Shown: positions 1 through 8,349 of the stretch, piece by piece | Numbering within the stretch: the stretch's first letter is position 1 | How the letters are laid out: every line of letters starts with the position of its first letter | NCBI GenBank assembly: GCA_965649205.1 | Contig: CBFGJV010000013.1 | Span: 1 to 64,000, forward strand | From: a candidate division WOR-3 bacterium | GTDB lineage: Bacteria > Hydrothermota > Tepidihabitantia > Tepidihabitantales > Tepidihabitantaceae | Length of the DNA: 64,000 nucleotides | Direction: 5' to 3' | Program-made: the position numbers and the translations under genes | The notes under the pieces: generated by a model | What the model saw: the letters and a program-made list of their open reading frames with translations, nothing else | Databases searched by the model: none | Told to the model about the DNA's origin: nothing

Positions 1-1
1 C

Positions 2-193
2 TACCGCTGGTACGCAAGAGAGCTGGGTCGGCTTTTCCGAACTAAGTTCGGCCCGGACCTGGCGATGAACCTGGAGCTGGTTCTGCGCACGTGGCGGGCC
101 AACGGTCTGGAGCTGAACACGATGCAGTTCCTCATCACGCTCATCTACGGCAAGCTGAAACTGGCCGCAGGCGAGAACGGAGGCGGACAATGA
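2..193 (+). CDS. Partial (5'-truncated by window edge) small helical protein, paralog A of the SIRV2-MCP-like array
   Basis: Open frame from nt 2: YRWYARELGRLFRTKFGPDLAMNLELVLRTWRANGLELNTMQFLITLIYG...GQ*. TGA 191-193 overlaps the next ATG (ATGA). Shares the Y-x-x-[FY]-[AG]...[WY]-x3-GL motif with the three downstream ORFs. Not in the ORF track. Confidence 0.75.
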   Translation, partial: YRWYARELGRLFRTKFGPDLAMNLELVLRTWRANGLELNTMQFLITLIYGKLKLAAGENGGGQ

Positions 194-459
194 AGGAGCA
201 CAGAGTGCAGCAGATTTCCAGACGGCTGGACAGTATGGTGGATCAGGTTCTGGGTAGAGAGAAGAAAAGGCGCAGGGCCTATCGGGCATTTGCTGAGGAG
301 ATGCTTTTGGCCGTGCGCCGTGGGGCGGAGAGGTTCGACGAGCGGGCCGGTAACATACTGGTCAAGTATCGCAACCGCGGTTTGTCGGTGGAGCTGCTCT
401 GGTTGGTGGGCCGTGCGGTGCTGGAAGGATTCGCCGGAGCAAAGGAAAAGGGGAAGTAG
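190..459 (+). CDS. Small helical protein, paralog B of the SIRV2-MCP-like array (89 aa)
   Basis: ATG 190 is coupled to the upstream stop. Motif AYRAFAEEM...VKYRNRGLSVELL. Stop abuts the next ATG at 460. Confidence 0.7.
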   Translation: MKEHRVQQISRRLDSMVDQVLGREKKRRRAYRAFAEEMLLAVRRGAERFDERAGNILVKYRNRGLSVELLWLVGRAVLEGFAGAKEKGK

Positions 460-813
460 ATGGCTCGGAGTCTGGAACGAGCCTGTCGGCACTACCATAT
501 GTCGCTCTCATCCGGCACATCCAAACGCTGGGATGGTGATATGGAGGCCCAGGTGCGGCGCTACCGCCAGGGTATGGAGCTTGTCCGCATGGCCGAGGCC
601 CGGGTGCGGCGGGTGGTGCTGGCGCGGGAAGGAAACGCTGCGCGCCTGTCGTGCTATGCGAACTTCGGCCGCCGTCTTGTCGGCCTGGCCCGAAGATACG
701 CGGGCAAAACCCTTGCCCTGCAGTGCAGGCTGGCGGTTGAACTGTGGGAAGCCAAGGGGTTGTCCCGCGAAGTCCTAGAAGAGGTTTGTCATGAGCTGCT
801 CCACCTTGGGTAA
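460..813 (+). CDS. Small helical basic protein, paralog C of the SIRV2-MCP-like array (117 aa)
   Basis: Motif CYANFGRRL...AGKTLA...ELWEAKGLSREVLEEV, colinear with paralog D. Confidence 0.75.
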   Translation: MARSLERACRHYHMSLSSGTSKRWDGDMEAQVRRYRQGMELVRMAEARVRRVVLAREGNAARLSCYANFGRRLVGLARRYAGKTLALQCRLAVELWEAKGLSREVLEEVCHELLHLG

Positions 814-822
814 AGACGATTC

Positions 823-909
823 GGCGGGTGCCGGCGCGGCAGTGCCTGCCCTGGCCCGGCCAGGTACGCCGGCATCCGCCCGCGGTCTTGCTGTCTGCCG
901 CAGGAGACC
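823..909 (+). other. Structured intergenic RNA element (branched stem plus second hairpin)
   Basis: A 14-bp stem 823-836/867-880 (one G-U) encloses two short hairpins (838-850, 850-864). A second hairpin is closed by GGTCT 884-888/AGACC 905-909. Confidence 0.55.
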
Positions 910-935
910 AGCCTACGTGAAAGGAGGTGATAGCA

Positions 936-1301
936 ATGGATCCGATAAAGAGAGTTGCGAAGTGGAATGCGAAATACGACTCGACTCGGCTGAAGAACGA
1001 CATCGACAAGATGCGGCCGGATATGCTCGCAAACGCAACCGCGGCATTCCCGCTGATCTATGCCATGGAGCAGCAGGTCAAGCAGGTACTGGACGCGGAA
1101 GGCGTGAGCATCATCACCTACCCGTTCTACCTCAACTTCGGACGCGAGATGTGGCACCTGCAGCGAATCAATCTCTCTGGTGAGTCACTGGCGGTTGAGG
1201 CTGCCACCTTGATCGGCAAGTGGGTGGCGAGAGGTCTCTCTCAGTCAGTGCTGGAGAGGATCCGGACCCAGGTGTTCAACATCGGTGCGCCGAGTCCGTA
1301 G
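936..1301 (+). CDS. SIRV2/Adnaviria major-capsid-protein-like protein, paralog D (121 aa)
   Basis: Strong SD AAGGAGGTG at 921-929, ATG 936. RVAKWNAKY...P-x4-N-x5-P...VKQVLDAEGV...YLNFG...RINLSGESL...VLERI resembles rudiviral MCP as recalled (RYAKWQAKF...VSAVLTQYGI...YQGFG...RIGSGPAL...VLDAV). Confidence 0.75.
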   Translation: MDPIKRVAKWNAKYDSTRLKNDIDKMRPDMLANATAAFPLIYAMEQQVKQVLDAEGVSIITYPFYLNFGREMWHLQRINLSGESLAVEAATLIGKWVARGLSQSVLERIRTQVFNIGAPSP

Positions 1302-1320
1302 TCGCTGTTGCGCAGTAAAG

Positions 1321-1362
1321 CTCCGGCCCCGCCTCAAGGCAGGGCCGGAGTGATTTTTCTTC
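1321..1362 (+). terminator. Rho-independent terminator after the MCP-like operon
   Basis: CTCCGGCCC-cGCC-TCAA-GGCa-GGGCCGGAG stem followed by TGATTTTTCTT, between convergent genes. Confidence 0.75.
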
Positions 1363-1368
1363 TGTGCG

Positions 1369-3414
1369 TCAGTTGCCGGCGGATAGCACCAGTTTGGTCC
1401 AGTCAGAGGAGCTTTCCGCAGCGCAGCAGAAGTAAACGCCGGGAGGAAGCGGTTTGCCCGTCTGGCTGCGACCGTCCCAGACAGTTGCGCCCTGAGCGAT
1501 GAGTTGTCGCACCAGCCGGCCGCTGTTGTCGTAAATGCGGAGCAGGGTTGGTTTCGTGCTGCCCGGAGCTGGGGAAATGGTGGTGGTGTGAGTGAAGGGG
1601 TTGGGTCGGGCCGTAAGCCGGGCTGGACAGGCTGGAGTCTTAGACTGGTTGCCGATTCCTACCTGCGGCGGGTTGTGGAAGCCGGAGATTTTGATGATGG
1701 TGTTGTCGTGGCCGCCGGCAGTGGGAGCGGTTACCCAGTAGGAGCCGTCGCGTGGGTCGTAGGCGATGCCGCGCAGGTTCCAGACCGGAGCGGCGAATTT
1801 GTAGCTGTTGAGGATGGAGAAGGTGACGCGGTCTATTTCGTAGAGCAGGCAGCTGTCCAGAACGGTGCCGCTGGTGTCGTTCCAGATGTATATGTTGAGG
1901 AGCGAGGGTGGGTTGATAGCTACACCCTGATCCAGAGCCAGGCAGCGGCTGGCAAGTCTGCCCGTGCTTTTCGGGTGGTACACGGCGCGGATGAAGTTGC
2001 CGCGGTTGTCGTAGATGAAAATGCGCTGTTGTCCGGCGGTGGTAAGGCGGCGGTCGGTGATGTAGAGCCTGCCTTCTGCCGGGTTTTCGACTAGACCGTA
2101 GGGGAATTCTACGGGTGAAATGGAGAAGTCGCGCAGGACAGCACCAGTGACAGCGTCCAGTTTGTACACCTTCTTACTCTTGTTGGCGAGGACCCAGAAG
2201 GTGTTGTCGTAGGCACAGTAGTGAATGTCGGTGCAGGAGTCTTCGGGCGTGGGAAGAGCGCGGCGGAAGGTGAGCAGGCTGTCGGCGCTGTAGGCGTATA
2301 TGCTGTTGGTGAGCAGGTGGGTGCAGTACACGTTGTCGTCCTGCGGGTTGTAGGTGATGCCGCAAATCTCCGGGCTGGCCGGCATACCTACACAGGGTTT
2401 GGGCCCCCACAGGCGCGTGCCGCCAGGTAGTCCGACGGTGAGGGCGAAGACAAAGGTCCATTCCCGGTCCCGGTTTTCTGAACGCACCAGGAGGGTGCAG
2501 GGAACCTGCGTGCCAGGGTCAATGGTGCCTAGAGCCGTGGCGGCAAAGGGGTCTGTGTGGTTGGTGCGGGTTCCCTGGCGGGGGATGTTGCCGAAGAATG
2601 CTTCGGAGTCACTGATGACAAAGTGGCGATGTCCGGAGCGGAGAATAGCCGATACGTCCTGTGCATCCGCGCCCAGGTTTTTCAGGGTGATGAGCAGTTT
2701 GCCACTTTCGCCGGGATCAAAGCGACCGTTGGCGTTGCCGCCGGGCGGGCTGTCTATTACCGTGTGGGACTGTCTGATGATGTAGGGGGCCTGAGATTCG
2801 TCTCTCAGGGAGATGTCGTCGGCGAAGACCTTCGCCGTAGTGGCACAGCCCCCTCAACCTGACCGGCCGTTGCCGGCTGCCTCTAGGCGGATGTTTATTT
2901 TGGCTACTTTGGCAGGGTCAATACCGGGCAGGTTGGTGAGTTCGTCGGCCAAAAGGAATTCGTAGCGTTCCCAGTTGGTGCTGGGCGCCTGAATGACGTG
3001 TTGAGTGGAGGTGTTCTGGGGCGTATAGGCGTAGGCCCGGTAAATCATGGTGCTGCCCAGATGGTTGTCGGCCGAGTCCAGATACTGCAGGATGATACTG
3101 GCGATGGCATAGTAACCCGCCACGCCCGCGGTTGTGGCTTCCAGTTTGGCCGAGGCAGAGAATCTTACCAGAGGACCGGGTACGTTGACTGTCTGGTCAA
3201 GCCGCGTGTAGGAAGCGTAGTACTGGTATAGATACACTTCCAAGTCTGGGTCAGAAGGGTCATAGGTGGGGTCCAGAGTGACGGTGGAGGTGCCGCCTTC
3301 GTTGCTTCTCGTCCAGTACTGGAGAGAGTCTTCGAAGCCACCGTTTCTGACCAGTTCCTGACCGAGGCAGATTGTCAGGAGGGCGCAGAAGGCGAGAAGA
3401 CAAATTTTTTTCAC
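1369..3414 (-). CDS. Secreted multidomain protein (signal peptide, CBM-like jelly roll, Ig-like domain, beta-propeller, FlgD/T9SS-like C-terminal domain) with in-frame TGA; putative selenoprotein, 681 aa, Sec187
   Basis: Track ORFs 2854-3429 and 1369-2487 are in the same frame and TGA 2856-2854 is the only stop between them. Context G-R-S-G-*-G-G-C-A-T-T-A-K-V-F-A-D-D-I-S-L. GTG start 3414 after SD GAGGAGG. C-terminus PNPF...IYDNSGRLVR...WDGR...PGVYF. Confidence 0.7.
2808..2853 (-). promoter_or_regulatory. Bacterial SECIS-like hairpin directly 3' of the in-frame UGA
   Basis: mRNA: UGA-GGGGGCUGUGCCACUA-CGGCGAA-GGUC-UUCGCCG-ACGACAUCUCCC. Perfect 7-bp apical stem 16 nt after UGA, loop starting with G, and a possible lower stem GGGGG/CUCCC. 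Confidence 0.65.
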
Positions 3415-3434
3415 AAGTCCTCCTCTCATTAGTT

Positions 3435-3462
3435 ATTCTATGGTGGCTGCCGAGGCTGTCAA
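3435..3462 (-). promoter_or_regulatory. sigma70-type promoter of the putative selenoprotein gene
   Basis: Minus strand TTGACA-N16-TAGAAT. Confidence 0.6.
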
Positions 3463-3488
3463 GGTGTCTGTCCAGCAGCGGTCGGTGC

Positions 3489-3516
3489 TTGACTTCAGAG
3501 TGGGTGCTTCTATAGT
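3489..3516 (+). promoter_or_regulatory. sigma70-type promoter of smc (probably leaderless mRNA)
   Basis: TTGACT-N16-TATAGT, with the GTG start 10 nt after the end of the -10. Confidence 0.55.
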
Positions 3517-3525
3517 TAGGCCCAA

Positions 3526-6500
3526 GTGTACATAAAAGAACTGCAGCTTACCGGTTTCAAGTCTTTTCAGGAGAAAACTACGCTGCGTCTGTCGCCCGGT
3601 ATGAACGCCATCATCGGGCCGAACGGATGCGGCAAGACGAATATCCTGGATGCTCTGCGCTGGGTGCTGGGCGAGCAATCGTTCAGCCTTCTGCGTTGTG
3701 GCAAGAATGAGGATCTGATTTTTGGCGGGACCGCAGAAGTGCCGCCGGTGAATTATGCGGATGTGAAGCTGGTTCTGGAAAACAATGAGTTGCCGCAGTA
3801 TCCCACCGAGATTGAGATAAGACGACGGTATTTCCGCACCGGCGAGAGCGAGTATTACCTGAATCGGCAACCCTGCCGCCAGAAGGATATTCAGGAGGTA
3901 TTCCTGGCTTCTGGCATCGGCACCAAGGCTTATTCCATTTTTGACCTGCGGCAGATGCGGGAGATTATCGCCGGCAATATCCGCAAGATGTTTGAGGAAG
4001 CTTCCACTCTGGCCAAGTATCAGGAGGCGAAGGCAGATTGTGAGCGCAAGCTGGCGCTGACGGATGCCGACCTTACCCGGCTGAGCGATATTGTCGCAGA
4101 ACGGGAGCGGGTGGTGCGAAGTCTGCGCTACCAGCTGGGTAAGCAGCGTTCCTGGGAGAAGCTGAAGGAAGAGGAGAAGAGCTATCGGCTGGTGGAGTTG
4201 AAGGCGGAGTATATTTCCGTTTGTCAAGAGCTGGAGCGGCTGGCGCGGGAAAGGGAGAGTCTGGAGCAGGCGGATGCCGAGCGTCTGGTGGAAATCAATC
4301 GGCTGGAGGAGGCGTTGCACCAGCAAAGGGGTAGACTCAGAGAAGAGCAGAGTTTGAAGGACGAACTGGCTGACCGGGCGCGGGCGCTGCGTACTTATCT
4401 GAGTGAACTGGAGGGGAAGGAGCTGATAGGAAACGAAAGGGTGCGTTCTCTGCGAATGCAGGCGGAGCAGGCGGAGGAAGAGGCCGGGCGGCTGGCCCGC
4501 AGTCTGCAGGAGACAGAGCCGGTTGCGGCTTCTGTGCTGGAACGTCTGGCCGAAGCCACTGCACTGCAGAGCAAGCTGGAGGCGACACTGCAGGAGGCGC
4601 AGGAAGAGACGCGGGCAGCGGAAACCAGGCTTTATACCTACCGCACGCACGAACAGTCTCAGCGTCAGACGCTTCTGGCTTTGCTGCAGAAGCAGCAGGA
4701 ACTGGAGCGCAGGTTGGCGTACGAGGAAGCGGTCAGACAGAATACCGCCGAGGCGGAGGCAAGGGCTAAAGCTGAGTTTGAAGAGCTGGAGCAGCGACTG
4801 GCAGAGTGTCGCAAGGAAGAGGAAGAAGCAGTGTCGAACGCAGCAGCGGCAGGCGCCCGGCTGGAGCAGATGCGTCAGGAAGTTTCTGGCGTGGAAGCCG
4901 AGCTGGCAAAGGTGGCCGCCGAGCTGAAGCAGGTGAGCGAGGAGCTTGTCCGGGCGCGCGAGAAAAGAAACAGACTGGAGCGGGAGCTGGCCGCATTGGG
5001 AGCGGCTGCGCCTGACCGCAGCGCACAGTGCCGTAGTGTTCTGGGTGATGCGTTGTCGGGAGAGGTGAGCAGTTTTCTTTCCGTGACGCCGGGCTGGGAG
5101 CTGGCCTGCGAGGCAGCGCTGTATCCGCTGTTGGAGTTTCAGGTGACAAAAGAAGAGCCGAGTGTAGCGGTCTTGAGGCAATTGAGCGAAGCCGGTCTGG
5201 AAGCTTGGTGTGGTTTTGTCGTGGCCGGCTCTGAGGATACCTCCAGTACGTCGGCTGAGGCGATAGGAGTAAGACTGTCGCAGTATGTGCAGGTGCAGCA
5301 GGGCGCGCCGGCTTTGCTACGCAATCTTCTAGATTCTTTTATTGTGGTGGATGGCGAAGACGACGGCTGGAAGCCGGGCCGTAATGTGGTGAGCCGGGAG
5401 GGCTGGGCAGTTTACGCTGACGGTCGGTTCGTGGTGGCTGCCGCCAGGAATGGTCCGTTGCGGGTGCAGGCGAGTCGTACGCAGAAGACGACAGAGTTGC
5501 AGGAAGCGGTGGTGCAGGTGGAGGCGCTGGAGACCAGACGTCAGGCGCTGGAGACCAAAAGAACGGAACTGGAGCGGCAGCAGGAGGAGGCGCGGGCTTT
5601 GGTGGAGGAGGCGGGAGAGAAGAAGGCTCTGGCAGACGCCCGGCGGGAAGCGGCTACTGCCCGACGGCAGGAACTGGAGCGGGAACAGGCCAGAGTCCGG
5701 CAGGATACGGTCCGGAGCAGGGGGGAGAGCGAGCGGCAGAGTCTGGAGTCTGTGCAGGAGGAACTGGAGGCGGTACGGAGACAGGTGGCGGAGCAGACAG
5801 ATTTTGTGCACAAGGCCGAGAGCGCAGTGCGAGAGCAGGAGCAGATAGCCCGTGCGGCTCTGGAACGGGCGGCAGAGCAACTGGCCGCGCTTTCCGAGCA
5901 GAAGCAAAGAGTTTCCCGACTAGAGACGGAGGTTGCCTATGTGCGACGAGAACTGCAGGAGCGGCGCAATCGGCTGGCGGAATTGCAACGAACCGCGGAG
6001 AAGCTGCGGCAGGAAGCAGAGAGTCTGGAGCAGGAAACGGCAGGACTGAAGCCGGAACTGGAAAGAGTGCGGGAAGAGCTGGCCAGTCTGGAGACAAAAA
6101 TAGGCGAGCTGAAGGTGACAGATCTGACTCTGGCCGAGGAAGAGCTGGAGAAAAATCTGACAGAGCTGCGTAAGGTGCGCGAACAGGGGCAGACTCTTCT
6201 GATGGAGCTGCGTCTGCGCGAGTATGAGCTGAATACGCGGCGCCAGGCCATAGAGCAGGAAGCGCGGGGAGAGTATGGAACTGACATAGCTTCTTTTGAG
6301 TCTTCCGAGGTGGAGGACGTGGTGAACCGCTTGGCACAGGTGAGGCAAAGGCTGGCTGCTCTGGGGGCGGTGAATCCCCTGGCGCGGGAAGAATACGAGC
6401 GGGAGCGAAAGGACCTGGAGTTACTCATCAGCCAGCGCAATGATGTGCTGGCGGCAAAGGAGAATCTGCTTCTGTCTCTTAAGGAGATTGACCGACACGC

Positions 6501-6990
6501 CCGGGACAGGTTTCTGGAAACATACAACCAGGTGCGGACCCATTTCCGGGACATTTTCCGTCAGATGTTTCTGGAAGGCGAGGCAGACCTGGTGCTGGTG
6601 GATGAATCCCGGCCACTGGAGTCAGAGGTGGCGATAATCGCCAGACCCAAGGGTAAGATGCCCAAGCGGTTGGAGCAACTCTCAGATGGCGAGAAGGCGC
6701 TTCTGGCCGTGTCTTTGCTGTTTGCGTTCTATCGGGTGAAGCCCGCACCCTTCTGTTTTCTGGACGAGATTGACGCTCCGCTGGACGACGCCAACACCGC
6801 CCGCTTTGCTGATTATCTGAAACAACTGTCCACTACCACGCAGGTTATAGTTATTACGCACAACCGGCTGACAGTAGAGAGGGCTGACGCCCTATTTGGA
6901 GTGACGGCAGAACAACCCGGGGTCTCCAAGCTGATTTCTGTCAGTCTGGCAAATTACCGCAGCTCGCCCGCGGCTGTGGCGGTGAGTTAG
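3526..6990 (+). CDS. smc: Chromosome segregation protein SMC
   Basis: N-terminal GFKSF...GPNGCGKTN Walker A, long coiled coils, hinge, C-terminal LSDGEK signature and FCFLDEIDAPLD Walker B. Confidence 0.95.
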   Translation: MYIKELQLTGFKSFQEKTTLRLSPGMNAIIGPNGCGKTNILDALRWVLGEQSFSLLRCGKNEDLIFGGTAEVPPVNYADVKLVLENNELPQYPTEIEIRRRYFRTGESEYYLNRQPCRQKDIQEVFLASGIGTKAYSIFDLRQMREIIAGNIRKMFEEASTLAKYQEAKADCERKLALTDADLTRLSDIVAERERVVRSLRYQLGKQRSWEKLKEEEKSYRLVELKAEYISVCQELERLARERESLEQADAERLVEINRLEEALHQQRGRLREEQSLKDELADRARALRTYLSELEGKELIGNERVRSLRMQAEQAEEEAGRLARSLQETEPVAASVLERLAEATALQSKLEATLQEAQEETRAAETRLYTYRTHEQSQRQTLLALLQKQQELERRLAYEEAVRQNTAEAEARAKAEFEELEQRLAECRKEEEEAVSNAAAAGARLEQMRQEVSGVEAELAKVAAELKQVSEELVRAREKRNRLERELAALGAAAPDRSAQCRSVLGDALSGEVSSFLSVTPGWELACEAALYPLLEFQVTKEEPSVAVLRQLSEAGLEAWCGFVVAGSEDTSSTSAEAIGVRLSQYVQVQQGAPALLRNLLDSFIVVDGEDDGWKPGRNVVSREGWAVYADGRFVVAAARNGPLRVQASRTQKTTELQEAVVQVEALETRRQALETKRTELERQQEEARALVEEAGEKKALADARREAATARRQELEREQARVRQDTVRSRGESERQSLESVQEELEAVRRQVAEQTDFVHKAESAVREQEQIARAALERAAEQLAALSEQKQRVSRLETEVAYVRRELQERRNRLAELQRTAEKLRQEAESLEQETAGLKPELERVREELASLETKIGELKVTDLTLAEEELEKNLTELRKVREQGQTLLMELRLREYELNTRRQAIEQEARGEYGTDIASFESSEVEDVVNRLAQVRQRLAALGAVNPLAREEYERERKDLELLISQRNDVLAAKENLLLSLKEIDRHARDRFLETYNQVRTHFRDIFRQMFLEGEADLVLVDESRPLESEVAIIARPKGKMPKRLEQLSDGEKALLAVSLLFAFYRVKPAPFCFLDEIDAPLDDANTARFADYLKQLSTTTQVIVITHNRLTVERADALFGVTAEQPGVSKLISVSLANYRSSPAAVAVS

Positions 6991-7008
6991 CAAACCCAAG
7001 TTTGTTCT

Positions 7009-7881
7009 GTGAAGTTCGGATTCCATAAACTCAAGGAAGGTCTGAGTAAGACAGCGGCAGTGTTCAGGCGGCTGCTTACCGCCAAGGACGAGGTTGAGTT
7101 TGAGGAGCTGCTGCTGGGTGCGGATGTGGGAGTGGAGGCAACCAGATTACTGACAGACAGGGTACTGCGGGCCGCGGACCGTCGGGCAGCACTGGAACAG
7201 GAAATTGTGGCTATCCTGAAGAAGGGAGCGGAACGGACAGGGGGGACGCTGGCCGCCAGTCAGGTACGTCCGCAGGTGATAATGATTGTGGGGGTGAACG
7301 GCTCCGGAAAGACAACCACGGTGGGAAAGTTGTGCTTCCATTTTGCCCGGCAGGGAAGAAAGGTGGTGGTAGCCGCGGCTGATACTTACCGGGATGCGGC
7401 AGCCGAACAGTTGGCCATCTGGGCGGCTCGGGCCGGGGCAGAAATAGTTTCCTCTACTAAGGGACAGGATGCAGCCGCCGTGGCCTACGACGCTATTGTC
7501 AAGGCGGTGAGCAAGGAAATGGATTTGGTGCTGGTGGATACTGCCGGACGTCTGCATACCCGCAAGGACCTGATGGCCGAGCTGGAGAAAATACGCCGGG
7601 TGTGCGCCAAGGCCAGACCGCAGGCGCCGGACGAGACCTGGTTGGTGCTGGATGCCACGGTGGGCCAGAACGGGCTGCGACAGGCCCGAGTGTTTCACGA
7701 ACAGCTTTCTCTTACCGGGGTGGTGGTGGCCAAGCTCGACGGCACTGCCCGCGGAGGCATTCTCATCCCGATTGCGCTGGAGCTGGGATTGCCGGTGAAG
7801 TTTGTGGGTACGGGCGAGGACATTGAGGATTTGGAGCCGTTTGACCCGGAAGCATTTGCCCGCCTGCTACTAGAACCGTAG
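7009..7881 (+). CDS. ftsY: Signal recognition particle receptor FtsY
   Basis: GVNGSGKTTT, DTAGRLHT and KLDGTARGG motifs; follows smc. Confidence 0.95.
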   Translation: MKFGFHKLKEGLSKTAAVFRRLLTAKDEVEFEELLLGADVGVEATRLLTDRVLRAADRRAALEQEIVAILKKGAERTGGTLAASQVRPQVIMIVGVNGSGKTTTVGKLCFHFARQGRKVVVAAADTYRDAAAEQLAIWAARAGAEIVSSTKGQDAAAVAYDAIVKAVSKEMDLVLVDTAGRLHTRKDLMAELEKIRRVCAKARPQAPDETWLVLDATVGQNGLRQARVFHEQLSLTGVVVAKLDGTARGGILIPIALELGLPVKFVGTGEDIEDLEPFDPEAFARLLLEP

Positions 7882-7902
7882 AACTGTCTTCAGTAGAAAA
7901 CT

Positions 7903-8229
7903 TTAGTCGGAAGCGAGAACTGACCGTAGCCAGCGCAGGTAACGCTCATTCCCGGCGGAAATGGCCAGGGCGATTATCTCGGGCGTGTCGTAGGGATGTT
8001 CCTTCTGTATCTCCGCCATCAGTTTTCGGAGTCTGGCGCTGTCAGTCTTGGCCAGGCATATCCATTCTCTGGCTTTTTCCACCTTTCCCTGCCACCAATA
8101 GGTGCTGCTGATAGGCCCCCACACCTGACAACAGGCAGCCAGTTTCAAGTTTACCAGATGCTGTGCCAGCTTGTCAGCTGCGGTCCGGTTGGGCAAGGTT
8201 GTGCTTACCTGAAAAAAGCGGGCTGGCAT
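7903..8229 (-). CDS. cutA: Divalent-cation tolerance protein CutA
   Basis: LAACCQ...STYWWQGKVE...HPYDTPEI. ATG 8229 chosen (track uses GTG 8235). Confidence 0.9.
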   Translation of the reverse strand: MPARFFQVSTTLPNRTAADKLAQHLVNLKLAACCQVWGPISSTYWWQGKVEKAREWICLAKTDSARLRKLMAEIQKEHPYDTPEIIALAISAGNERYLRWLRSVLASD

Positions 8230-8314
8230 AGACACAGTTTGCCGCGCCGCAGGCTTTCGTCAAGTGCTGCTCTTCTGGGCAGGAGACTTTTTTGAGTTTG
8301 GCGTCGCTCGCCAG

Positions 8315-8342
8315 TTGACAACCTCAGGTCTGGGCGTATCTT
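8315..8342 (+). promoter_or_regulatory. sigma70-type promoter of the ECF sigma gene (probably leaderless)
   Basis: TTGACA-N16-TATCTT, GTG start at 8350. Confidence 0.55.
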
Positions 8343-8349
8343 AGAAACA

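Noticed and set aside
91..189. Track N-terminal extension of ORF 91-459 and overlapping ORFs 290-778, 362-1009 and 791-1183
   Set aside because: The frame-2 ORF ending at 193 and the ATGA coupling define a start at 190; the others overlap the paralog genes and look non-coding.
2854..2856. Genome-wide UGA reassignment (Trp/Gly) as the explanation of the in-frame TGA
   Set aside because: Many conserved genes here end correctly at TGA (ECF sigma, mnmA, hisG, hisD, lysA, trpB2), so UGA is a normal stop.
3433..5181. 582-aa minus-strand ORF and other long antisense ORFs over smc, groEL, pnp and the his genes
   Set aside because: Shadow frames of well-supported genes, with L/Q/R-biased low-information composition.
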